This document shows positions 25,321 through 37,210 of a stretch of DNA of 64,000 nucleotides, piece by piece. A model generated the notes under the pieces. The model made no database searches. It was not told the DNA's origin and worked only from the letters and a program-made list of their open reading frames with translations. Position 1 is the first letter of the stretch; each line of letters begins with the position of its first letter. Source of the stretch: Octopus bimaculoides (lineage: Eukaryota); contig NC_068994.1 in NCBI RefSeq assembly GCF_001194135.2, forward strand, positions 9,301,799 through 9,365,798. The letters run 5' to 3'. The position numbers and the translations under genes are program-made.

Positions 25321-26626
25321 ATATATACATATAATCTATGTTTCTATAAACTATTGGGGGAACAGGCAGTGTCAATTTCTAATAGTTTTCCCGCTCAATT
25401 GCGCCACTCTTTCTGAGATGTCTATTTTGGAACCGCAGAAAATTGAGAAAGGTACTGAAGGATATAAATTGATAACACCACAACGATCGGAGATTAAATA
25501 GGGCAGTTTCTATTTTCGAGTCGAAGAATCTAATTTAAAATATAGGACATTTAGCTGAAAAACCAAGAAAACTGCAGCTACAGATATGTTGCCGAAATTT
25601 ATAGCGTTTGTATAGAGAGAGCACTAACAATAAAGATTTGTTTAACCGTTGTAATAACAAGAATGCCGTCTATATATGCCTTCTCACCTTATTGCTTCTA
25701 AATTTACTTGAAATTTTTAGGTCGTTTTTCAAAACAAGCAAGATTTAAAATTAGCTATATTAGTGGAAGAATTTGTCTGTACGTTACAGAAGTAGAATCA
25801 TCTGATATACTAATTATTTTTCAAGCTTTCCGCTATGCACATAGACTGTTCTTATGTTGCCAACTAACTGATCGTAGAGTATAAGATTTTCATACCTCTT
25901 GTTAGATAGAACTGAAAATTACATATAATGATTTAGATAATATATGATTTACAAAGCCACCTGGAGATCATAACGTAGACGTAGCATTCTATNNNNNNNN
26001 NNNNNNNNNNNNNNNNNNNNNNNNNNNNNNNNNNNNNNNNNNNNNNNNNNNNNNNNNNNNNNNNNNNNNNNNNNNNNNNNNNNNNNNNNNNNNNNNNNNN
26101 NNNNNNNNNNNNNNNNNNNNNNNNNNNNNNNNNNNNNNNNNNNNNNNNNNNNNNNNNNNNNNNNNNNNNNNNNNNNNNNNNNNNNNNNNNNNNNNNNNNN
26201 NNNNNNNNNNNNNNNNNNNNNNNNNNNNNNNNNNNNNNNNNNNNNNNNNNNNNNNNNNNNNNNNNNNNNNNNNNNNNNNNNNNNNNNNNNNNNNNNNNNN
26301 NNNNNNNNNNNNNNNNNNNNNNNNNNNNNNNNNNNNNNNNNNNNNNNNNNNNNNNNNNNNNNNNNNNNNNNNNNNNNNNNNNNNNNNNNNNNNNNNNNNN
26401 NNNNNNNNNNNNNNNNNNNNNNNNNNNNNNNNNNNNNNNNNNNNNNNNNNNNNNNNNNNNNNNNNNNNNNNNNNNNNNNNNNNNNNNNNNNNNNNNNNNN
26501 NNNNNNNNNNNNNNNNNNNNNNNNNNNNNNNNNNNNNNNNNNNNNNNNNNNNNNNNNNNNNNNNNNNNNNNNNNNNNNNNNNNNNNNNNNNNNNNNNNNN
26601 NNNNNNNNNNNNNNNNNNNNNNNNNN

Positions 26627-26921
26627 GGATAAAAAGGAAAGTTGACTTCGGCGGAATATGAGCTCAGGACGTTAAGACAGGCGAAATACCTATTTCTTTA
26701 CTGCCCACAAGGGGCTACACAGAGAGGGGACAAACAAGGACAGACAAACGAATTAAGTCGATTATATCGACCCCAGTGCGTAACTGGTACTTAATTTATC
26801 GACCCCGAAAGGATGAAAGGCAAAGTCGACCTCGGCGGAATTTGAACTCAGAACGCAGTGGCAGACGGAATACCGCTAAGCATTTCGCCCGGCGTGCTAA
26901 CGTTTCTGCTAGCTCGCCGCC
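26627..26921 (-). mobile_element. SINE family A, young dimeric copy (second unit runs into a gap)
   Basis: Full unit at 26690-26921 (tail CCCCTTGTGGGCAGTAAAGAAATAG in sense) is joined directly to a second internal unit at 26627-26689 that starts GTATTTCG. Confidence 0.9.
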
Positions 26922-28059
26922 GTATTAGTTAATAATAATAAATTTGTTCAGGTACATAGGTATTAAAAATAAATATGATTTCAAACTTATTAATGTCTTA
27001 TGTGTGTGTGTGTGTTGGGGGCGGTGTTTATTTGTACGGAAATTATTGTAATTAATATATTTGATGTTCTGGAGATTCAAAATTGAAGATAACAAAAATG
27101 ATTCAGGAAGATGTAAGTGGAATTTCATTAAGTAATATATAACAATGAAACGAATTATGATTTTATTACTTTTCACTGTTATATAATTTATTTTGTAATT
27201 GTATATTAGAATATTTTACACTCGTTTTAGTTTGATTTCTGTTCTCTCAGATTAGATGCCATATCGCTATCCATTCATAGAGTTCACTGTTTTAAAAAGA
27301 TCCGTTATTTTGATGCCAACATCATTACGATATATTTCCGAAGTTACTTAAATTGTTGATGAAAAATAATTTTAGAATATATTAAATATAGAATTATTAT
27401 GATTATAGATTAATATAAATATCTTAAATAAAAGAAGTTAATACAATAAGAACAAGATTATTTTTTGATTAATACTGAAGGCGTATTCATATAAATATTT
27501 ATTGCTTTTTAAATACTAAAACTCCTCCAAACTAGCATACATATGTTTATACCCATAATGCAGCATCTCATGATTTTCATTTTATGATGGCTTTTTGGAA
27601 GATCCCTCACCTGTTAATGCCTTTGGTAACTCACAGTTCCATCTATAATACGATTTTAAGACCAAACACGATTGAATTCATGGTATCGTTATTTTTCACT
27701 CCAGACACTGTTATAGAAGTCATTGGTTTGTATCAAAGTTAATAGATCGCGAGGAACAATAAGCTATATTTCACTCTCAAATCCGGTTAACATTTAAAAC
27801 AAATGGACTCTTGCATTTTGTTTTCCCCAATACATATACGTAAAGTTAGTACATCCGAAATCTCTACTTTCACCGAACCACGAAGGAGCCTGTTACGGTT
27901 AAGTATTTACGAGATAAATTGTCTGATTTCATTTCGTACACACTGAAAGAGAATGGAGAAATTTCATGTGCGGTGATGGCAATCATTCATACAATCCTCA
28001 ATAAATCAAAAATAATTCATGATGATAAAACGCCAGACAATAAATAATCAACACACGCG

Positions 28060-28122
<63 letters not shown>

Positions 28123-28238
28123 NNNNNNNNNNNNNNNNNNNNNNNNNNNNNNNNNNNNNNNNNNNNNNNNNNNNNNNNNNNNNNNNNNNNNNNNNNNNNN
28201 NNNNNNNNNNNNNNNNNNNNNNNNNNNNNNNNNNNNNN

Positions 28239-28280
<42 letters not shown>

Positions 28281-28281
<1 letters not shown>

Positions 28282-28383
28282 CTTTCCGACTATAGGCTGA
28301 AGGCCTGAAATTTTGGTGTGCGAAACTGGTACTTACATACTCGACTCCAATATGATGGAAGGAAAAGTCGACTTCGGCTGAAT
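28281..28383 (-). mobile_element. SINE family A fragment (tail type 2 plus central domain)
   Basis: TAGGCTGAAGGCCTGAAATTTTGG...AACTGGTACTT...GATGGAAGGAAAAGTCGACTTCGGCTGAAT. Confidence 0.7.
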
Positions 28384-28505
28384 CAACTATGTTAAGGGTA
28401 CACATCTCTGTGGAGCCCTCAGTCACTTGCACGTTAATTTCACGAGCAGGTTGTTCCGTTGATCGGATCAATTGGAACACTCACCGTCGTAACCGACGGA
28501 GCACC
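28384..28505 (+). mobile_element. SINE family D, 3' half
   Basis: Ends TGGAACACTCACCGTCGTAACCGACGGAGC, nearly identical to TGGAACCCTCGTCGTCGTAACCGACGGAATGC at 50041-50072. Has a terminal hairpin CCGTCG-TAAC-CGACGG. Confidence 0.7.
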
Positions 28506-28562
28506 ACAATATATATACACGAGCGCGCACACACAAATATGTAAATACACACCCGCATACGC

Positions 28563-28606
<44 letters not shown>

Positions 28607-30168
28607 GATCAACATCCGAAATTTTTTGAGGTAGATTATTTCAGTGGTGTTTGTTGTAGTGTTTATATTTATGGCCGGAAAATCTGTTGTCTGGCACAAC
28701 ACTGTGCATTGCGTATCTCACACACAAGCAGGTCTCCAGTAAAACCATGATTCTCTCTTCATTTCACCAGACGCAGAGTCCGTAGAGACTCATTTAATGA
28801 TCCGTGGGCTACCAGAAACAAACTCACGTGTACTGTGAAGACATTTGTATTAAACTCTACTGGATATAGCATTCAAATTTTGGACCTAATCGTTCATAAA
28901 ATACCGTAACTCAATTTTTAGCATGAAGTATTACACATATGATATGAATTAATATTGTAGTTTTTCATGCTGATATATNNNNNNNNNNNNNNNNNNNNNN
29001 NNNNNNNNNNNNNNNNNNNNNNNNNNNNNNNNNNNNNNNNNNNNNNNNNNNNNNNNNNNNNNNNNNNNNNNNNNNNNNNNNNNNNNNNNNNNNNNNNNNN
29101 NNNNNNNNNNNNNNNNNNNNNNNNNNNNNNNNNNNNNNNNNNNNNNNNNNNNNNNNNNNNNNNNNNNNNNNNNNNNNNNNNNNNNNNNNNNNNNNNNNNN
29201 NNNNNNNNNNNNNNNNNNNNNNNNNNNNNNNNNNNNNNNNNNNNNNNNNNNNNNNNNNNNNNNNNNNNNNNNNNNNNNNNNNNNNNNNNNNNNNNNNNNN
29301 NNNNNNNNNNNNNNNNNNNNNNNNNNNNNNNNNNNNNNNNNNNNNNNNNNNNNNNNNNNNNNNNNNNNNNNNNNNNNNNNNNNNNNNNNNNNNNNNNNNN
29401 NNNNNNNNNNNNNNNNNNNNNNNNNNNNNNNNNNNNNNNNNNNNNNNNNNNNNNNNNNNNNNNNNNNNNNNNNNNNNNNNNNNNNNNNNNNNNNNNNNNN
29501 NNNNNNNNNNNNNNNNNNNNNNNNNNNNNNNNNNNNNNNNNNNNNNNNNNNNNNNNNNNNNNNNNNNNNNNNNNNNNNNNNNNNNNNNNNNNNNNNNNNN
29601 NNNNNNNNNNNNNNNNNNNNNNNNNNNNNNNNNNNNNNNNNNNNNNNNNNNNNNNNNNNNNNNNNNNNNNNNNNNNNNNNNNNNNNNNNNNNNNNNNNNN
29701 NNNNNNNNNNNNNNNNNNNNNNNNNNNNNNNNNNNNNNNNNNNNNNNNNNNNNNNNNNNNNNNNNNNNNNNNNNNNNNNNNNNNNNNNNNNNNNNNNNNN
29801 NNNNNNNNNNNNNNNNNNNNNNNNNNNNNNNNNNNNNNNNNNNNNNNNNNNNNNNNNNNNNNNNNNNNNNNNNNNNNNNNNNNNNNNNNNNNNNNNNNNN
29901 NNNNNNNNNATATATATATATATATATATACATGTGTGTGTATGTATATGTGTGTGACAGAGAACTTATGCACATACATTATACTTCTTCAAATGTGTTT
30001 CAAGCATCTCAATAATGTATACATTATCCACATCACGCATGTAATATCTACGTGTTATTAAACGCTACAATGCAGCGGTATTTCGTCTATTGATTTTTAT
30101 ACATGCACACACATATACACATACACATATGAATATGTACATAGATACATACATACACACATTTATAG

Positions 30169-30199
<31 letters not shown>

Positions 30200-31058
30200 C
30201 ACATATATANNNNNNNNNNNNNNNNNNNNNNNNNNNATGTATATGCACATAAGCATATATCAGTTATATAGCACATAAAATTCCTATGTAGTTATGTTTA
30301 TATGATTTGGTCTTCAATAGACTGCGTTGCTGCAAAACCCACTGCTATGAAATGCCTGATTTTAATGAGGACATAATTTCCAAGGAATAAATATATGAGT
30401 GTATGTTCGAAATTGTCGGACTGCCAGCGATGGTATGCATCGTTATCTAACTCCAGATGAATACTCAATGAACAGATTTTTACCTGTTCATTGGCTACGA
30501 CGATAAATACATTATTTGCTGTGGGCAAGAAAGAAAACCTTATCTCATCCGAGTCGAGGGCAGTTTGCTTACTTCGTGTAGCACATTAAGCTAATATCTC
30601 GGAAGTCTCTAGCAGTAGAAAGTGAATATTTCTGACAAGAGTGATCATAACAATGGCTGGTCTGTGAAACACGCTGATACGTAAACCTTTAGTAGTGAAA
30701 GACTACGTTTTAAATTCAAAGTGGATTAAATAATTCTATATAAATATATTCGAATTATAAAATAAAGGCATTTCTATTCTAAGAAGAGCATTATAAATAC
30801 GACACATTTAATGAATGCGGTTTTTAAACGAACAAGTATATTGTTAACAAATACAATATACTTCAGAGCTAGGGGCAAAACGATCACCACAGAAGGGATA
30901 CCAGAGTGCTGCATGTTCGTGTACTGTGACACAAAAAGGTGATCCGCTAGCTCGCAGTATTTATAGATAGAATATTAACTTTTTTCTGGGCTTGCAATAG
31001 TATCGCATACGCAGAATAACCTCAAATTATGTATTAAAAGCAGCTCTGTCTTCATCGA

Positions 31059-31120
31059 AAGTTAGTGAGCGCCAGAATCGGTAATATTGTTATATTACCG
31101 ATTCTGCCGCTCACTAACTT
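31059..31120. other. Near-perfect 62-bp palindrome (29-bp arms, 1 mismatch, 4-nt spacer)
   Basis: AAGTTAGTGAGCGCCAGAATCGGTAATAT-TGTT-ATATTACCGATTCTGCCGCTCACTAACTT, with one C/C mismatch at 31072/31107. Confidence 0.95.
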
Positions 31121-33603
31121 GAAATACTTTGTTGCTCTTTGTAATTCTCTTTAGCATCTGAGTCGAAATATCATCATGCTATTTTTTCCAGGGTAGATAT
31201 AAGTATCTTGTTGTGAAATATGATGGTCGATATAACTCAGTGTTTGTTTGGCTGACAATCCCTGTTCTTATTTCATATAGAAATGGTACACTGGGAGAAT
31301 ACTGAGAGCGCTGGAAAAAGTGCATTGTACTGTTAGTTCTTGTGCCTCACATGTTCATCCTTTTGAGGTCAGCTTTATTTTCATGCTTATTAGGTTAGGG
31401 AAAATATTCGATACATATACAAGAGATTCTAAATATTTTTTTTCGGCCTATCTCTTCTCTAATTCTCTCTTCTCTCGTTCACTTCTCTCAATCTAACCTC
31501 ACTTTATGACGTTTTTCTCGTCCCTGTACTCCGGTTCGACCTATACTCGTTCATTCATTATTTGGTACCTTCACCCCTGTCTCTAACTCTATGTACACAT
31601 TCTTCTCTTTCCCCTTTTCTTTTTCAACAACATTTCCTTCCTTCTCCCTGTACTTACTCCTCTTTCTTCTTTCTACGTCTCATTCCGCTTCTTTTGTCTC
31701 TGCATATATTATTAGCATTGTAATCTTCCATGTCGCTCCTTTTTTTTTTCTTCACTTGCTTGCTCTTTCTGTTTCTCACTGTCAGTGTATCTCAAAGTGT
31801 ATAGAGCTGGCGACCCAAATTTACTCCCCTCCTTCCCCGTCTCTTATTCCTTATTCATATTCTTCTCTTCCTTTCTCACTTCCTTTTTCTGTGTTTCACC
31901 CTCTCTCAGCCGCTTTCTCCTTTTAACACTCTCTCAATAACTCTTTTTCTTCTGGGTTGTCTGTTTCAACGTCTGTGTCTATAAAACAATCAAAAAGAAT
32001 TTTCTCTTTCACACACATACCATATATATATATATATATATATATATGTATCCAGACACTCACATATCGTTCAATATGTGGTTTCATTTATCATTCGTTT
32101 TAATAACGGCGAATTTTTTCGCCGATGATAATTGTAAAAGATATTTGCCTTGGCTGAACAATCAAGTCGAAAAACAATATTATCTCCCATCGCTACATCT
32201 ATAAAAATCATATCGTTTTCTAAATCCATTCTAAGTAAACATGGACAATTTCCATTCTACGTAATATAACTTAGTTATATTGCATTTTAACTACCATTAT
32301 ATTATCGTATTTGAAATGTATTTTCTTTTATTATTTTGTTTGTAATTATATTTTGCTTGTAGATTATTTACATTTGTTTCCCGATAACGAGAAATGTGTA
32401 TTCTGAATGCACACAGACTTACTTATATATATATAATATATATGTAATGCGCGCGCCTGTGTGTATGTTTTTATATATAGATATAAATATAGATGTACAT
32501 GTGTGTTCCTGCACACGTGTATTTGTGCGTCTGAGTCATTGTGCATGATTGCTTCACTATGTATTTCTCTGCGTATGTGTGTGTGTAGATGAGTACAGAT
32601 TTTATCATAATAATAATAGTACTAATAATAACAATAACAATAGTAATAGTAATTAATATGATCACCATTTACTTCTATATAAACATATATATACACACAC
32701 GCACATATATATATATATATATATATATANNNNNNNNNNNNNNNNNNNNNNNNNNNNNNNNNNNNNNNNNNNNNNNNNNNNNNNNNNNNNNNNNNNNNNN
32801 NNNNNNNNNNNNNNNNNNNNNNNNNNNNNNNNNNNNNNNNNNNNNNNNNNNNNNNNNNNNNNNNNNNNNNNNNNNNNNNNNNNNNNNNNNNNNNNNNNNN
32901 NNNNNNNNNNNNNNNNNNNNNNNNNNNNNNNNNNNNNNNNNNNNNNNNNNNNNNNNNNNNNNNNNNNNNNNNNNNNNNNNNNNNNNNNNNNNNNNNNNNN
33001 NNNNNNNNNNNNNNNNNNNNNNNNNNNNNNNNNNNNNNNNNNNNNNNNNNNNNNNNNNNNNNNNNNNNNNNNNNNNNNNNNNNNNNNNNNNNNNNNNNNN
33101 NNNNNNNNNNNNNNNNNNNNNNNNNNNNNNNNNNNNNNNNNNNNNNNNNNNNNNNNNNNNNNNNNNNNNNNNNNNNNNNNNNNNNNNNNNNNNNNNNNNN
33201 NNNNNNNNNNNNNNNNNNNNNNNNNNNNNNNNNNNNNNNNNNNNNNNNNNNNNNNNNNNNNNNNNNNNNNNNNNNNNNNNNNNNNNNNNNNNNNNNNNNN
33301 NNNNNNNNNNNNNNNNNNNNNNNNNNNNNNNNNNNNNNNNNNNNNNNNNNNNNNNNNNNNNNNNNNNNNNNNNNNNNNNNNNNNNNNNNNNNNNNNNNNN
33401 NNNNNNNNNNNNNNNNNNNNNNNNNNNNNNNNNNNNNNNNNNNNNNNNNNNNNNNNNNNNNNNNNNNNNNNNNNNNNNNNNNNNNNNNNNNNNNNNNNNN
33501 NNNNNNNNNNNNNNNNNNNNNNNNNNNNNNNNNNNNNNNNNNNNNNNNNNNNNNNNNNNNNNNNNNNNNNNNNNNNNNNNNNNNNNNNNNNNNNNNNNNN
33601 NNN

Positions 33604-33642
<39 letters not shown>

Positions 33643-33887
33643 AATACACACATGCATACACATGTTTATATACTTGTGTATACATTACAGTCGTAAAGTC
33701 TGACTTAGATATAGAACTCTATACTAACTTAGAACATGAAAGAATATAACATATTTATTACAGATGTACATGGCGACGGCTTAATTTTCTCGCAATCACG
33801 GAAGGTGAAACTTAAGTGATAAATCAACCTATTCAGCTAGAGTATGCCTACAGATTTTGCTTGTGATTGTGCGTGTGCAGGCATAAA

Positions 33888-34175
33888 CGAACTTTGGTTT
33901 ATTTAAAATATGCTTGCTACTTATTTGAAATTCTAATGGCAAATTCACTGCAATTACAGTGGTGAAAAATTCTCTCTTATGCTAAAAGGTGTAAAATCAG
34001 TATATCTTCCCAGTGCTGCGCCCTGTCAGATTTCCAATTACTGCATTTCTAGCTCTAATATATGGTGTTTTTACACCCTTATACCATAAGAGTGAATTTG
34101 TTTCTTCACTGGTAATTGCAAAGAATTTGCTTTTAGAAATATTTCAAAAAAATATTTTAACGAAATTAAAGTTCG
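33888..34175. mobile_element. Foldback/MITE-like element with ~110-bp imperfect inverted arms
   Basis: 33888-33998 (CGAACTTT...TTTGAAATTCTAATGGCAAATTCACTGCAATTACAGTGG...CTCTTATGCTAAAAGGTGTAAAATC) aligns with the reverse complement of 34067-34175. The spacer is about 70 bp. Confidence 0.65.
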
Positions 34176-35773
34176 CCCGATTTATTGGTTAGGCGTGAAA
34201 ATGCTATTGACCCACTGAATGTAAACTGATGAGATCAGTTGATCTTATAGGAATTTTGATACAGAATGCATATACGGACATAAAAATCTTCATATTTAGT
34301 CCGAAGACTTGTATAATTTTAATCACATCGCTATTTACTTATAGAATCAGATAATAATCGTAGTAAAGTACCTTTCGCAATTATTTTGCAGAGATCTTAG
34401 GAGTTAGTTTTGGATTTAAGTGCTTCCGCACTTTAATTAATACATTACATTTTGGCCTACTGATGGCTGAACGTTAAACATCTTTGAGTCGGATTTGAAA
34501 TCGAAATGTTTCAATCAAATATGAAAAGAAACCATTCTGTCCGATATTCTAACATTGCTTAACTGCTGAAATAATGAGTATATATATATATATATATATA
34601 TATATNNNNNNNNNNNNNNNNNNNNNNNNNNNNNNNNNNNNNNNNNNNNNNNNNNNNNNNNNNNNNNNNNNNNNNNNNNNNNNNNNNNNNNNNNNNNNNN
34701 NNNNNNNNNNNNNNNNNNNNNNNNNNNNNNNNNNNNNNNNNNNNNNNNNNNNNNNNNNNNNNNNNNNNNNNNNNNNNNNNNNNNNNNNNNNNNNNNNNNN
34801 NNNNNNNNNNNNNNNNNNNNNNNNNNNNNNNNNNNNNNNNNNNNNNNNNNNNNNNNNNNNNNNNNNNNNNNNNNNNNNNNNNNNNNNNNNNNNNNNNNNN
34901 NNNNNNNNNNNNNNNNNNNNATATATATATATATATAAAATCAATCAATGGATGTGAAAGATATAATATTGCTTCTCACGGAGAATATGATAAAAAATAT
35001 TAAACCATTTACGTCGATATAATTCAGGATCACCAGACCTTCAACACTCAGTGTTTCCTCTCACTGAATGCCACCGTAAACGCATTCTAGTTTAATTACA
35101 AGAACAGCCTACTAAAATTATGTTCCACTTTAACGCCTATGTGTATTGGAATAAAAAAAAATTACTTTGCACGCTTGGCTGCAGTGTGAACATCGATTTC
35201 CAAAATCGTTCTATAAATGACACAAAAATTTATATAAAAAGTCTTTGAGAATTGTAAAAAAAAAAAGCGACAAACAATATGTCAAAGAAATTTAATTTAG
35301 TATCTTTGTAATAAATTGGAAATTGAATCGAATTATATAGATAAAAAATTGGCAAAACGTGAACAATAATGAACTGACATTAACTGAATAAAAAAAAAAA
35401 AGAAACGCGAAACCTGAATAGCGTTGTTGTGTCTCAGAATCAACTACCTCAATATCCGTGAATGTCGGAATCTCTTTTACTTGACATCGTTTAAAGAAAG
35501 AAGAAAATGTATTGAAATTGGAATAAAGAAGCTAATAACTACGGTAGTGTGAAATAATCTATTCAAGTCAATTGAACGAAATGTTTTTTAAAAATTTGTC
35601 TAACTCAATGGTTTATTGCTAAAAAGTCAACTTCGTATAACACTAATTCAAATGCCACGGATGGCAAAATCGTTACGCTAGCAGAGAAAGTCTAAAGTTA
35701 TTTAGTGATATTGCTTAATAATGTAGGTTCAAATCCCACCAAGCAAATCTATATCGATTATCTTCTTGTTTAT

Positions 35774-35836
35774 CTTTCTGGATATACTGTAATGTTTTCT
35801 GGATATAAAGCAATGGTTTCTGGATAGAATGCAACG
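35774..35836. repeat. 21-bp tandem repeat, 3 copies
   Basis: CTTTCTGGATATACTGTAATG / TTTTCTGGATATAAAGCAATG / GTTTCTGGATAGAATGCAACG. Confidence 0.8.
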
Positions 35837-36266
35837 CCATTTAATTACCTATGCGATATAAGTTACCTAAGCAACTAAGAAGAACATTACATGAATGTAA
35901 AAAAAATAAACACAAATTTAATATGTACGTTCAAATGCTTATGGATAAAAGAAAACGTAATATGCAGAACAACATTCATTTGGATATTTATTACCTATCT
36001 GTTTGGCTTTGTTTTTAGCTTTGTTAAATTCAATATTTGGTTTTCATATTTCAATGGCTGACAAACACAGTGCGACACATTTGGAAAACATTAATAAAGC
36101 AAACATATGCAGCGCTCGCAAAATTTTCTCATATCACAGAAAAGAGCGAAAGGCTGAAATTTAACAGAGTATCACTGAGATCAAATTATATTCTCCTATG
36201 AATAGAATGGAAGAAGCAGCGCTCATGATTATCATTAATAATATGCTTCAGTATAAGGAACAGTAA

Positions 36267-36268
<2 letters not shown>

Positions 36269-36351
<83 letters not shown>
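36269..36351. repeat. (TA)n microsatellite (~40 units, fully assembled)
   Basis: Uninterrupted TA run. Confidence 0.95.
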
Positions 36352-36352
<1 letters not shown>

Positions 36353-36409
36353 CAATAATGTATGTGCAAATATATGTGTATGTGCGCGCGCGTGTATATA
36401 TATATTTTA

Positions 36410-37210
36410 TTTTATTTTTTTATTTGTTTCAGTAATTTGACTGCGGCCATGCTGGAGCAGCGCTTTTAGTCGATCAAATCAACCCCAGAACTTATTCTCT
36501 GTAAGCCTAGTACTTATTCTATCGGACTCTTTTACCGTACAGGTAAATTGCGGAGACGTAAACACATCAGCATCGGTGGGTGCACAAACACAGACAAACA
36601 AACATACAAACACATATACATCTATATACGACGGGCTTCTTTCAGTTTCTGTCTACCAAATCCACTCACAAGGCTTACGACTTAATTCAACATATTTCCC
36701 TCTAAAATTCACACAATTATTGTCGCGGTCCTTCAGTTTCTCGTAGCCCTGTAAAAAAACTCAGAACTTTCATCCTTCAACCACGCCTTTCGCGTTAGCC
36801 TTAATGCCAGGAACTATTCACACCTGTCTCCCGTCGCACTTCAACAATGATAGAGACTTGGGCATAATTTTTGGCATGTAAACAACCTACCTTATATTCC
36901 CTCTTTGGTGTGTGTATAATGATATGTAGGCTTGTCTATCATTTCAAGTTACCCATCACTACTCAGAATTAAGCATGCTAAGGAAATATAAAATGGATAA
37001 AAAAAACTGTAATAAAATACGTGCAATGTCAGTGAACGTGAGTGCGAGGCAATCACATCCTAACATATATACACACATACACACACCATTCCACACAAAC
37101 TTGGACGGCTGGAAAGGTTACAAGAAGAGACTTGCCTAGGGTTTCACGCAGTAGGACTGAATCCGGAGCCATATGTTTGGAAACCATTCTTTTTTTACCA
37201 CACAGCCATA
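36410..37210 (-). mobile_element. SINE family B copy split by a 424-bp insertion (36677-37100)
   Basis: The 3' part at 36410-36676 stops at CACAAGGCTT. The 5' part resumes at 37101 (TTGGACGG...GACTTGCCTAGG...CACGCAGTAGGACTGAATCCGGAGCCAT...ACCACACAGCCA), which is the reverse complement of the head at 8166-8280. Confidence 0.8.
36677..36830 (+). mobile_element. Unclassified interspersed repeat, family E
   Basis: 36751-36824 aligns with 54964-55040 (AACTC.GAA.TTT...GCCTTTCGC..TA.CC.T....CCAGGAACT.T.CA). Confidence 0.6.

Noticed and set aside
28769-28910. Strong polypyrimidine acceptor followed by an open frame
   Set aside because: No convincing donor before the stop, and the peptide is unrecognised.
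30474-30530. Candidate 35-nt minus-strand micro-exon (NNVFIVVANEQ)
   Set aside because: Too short to identify, with no supporting neighbours.
35655-35755. GGTTCAAATCCC B-box suggesting a tRNA gene
   Set aside because: No cloverleaf; it looks like a very decayed family A SINE head.
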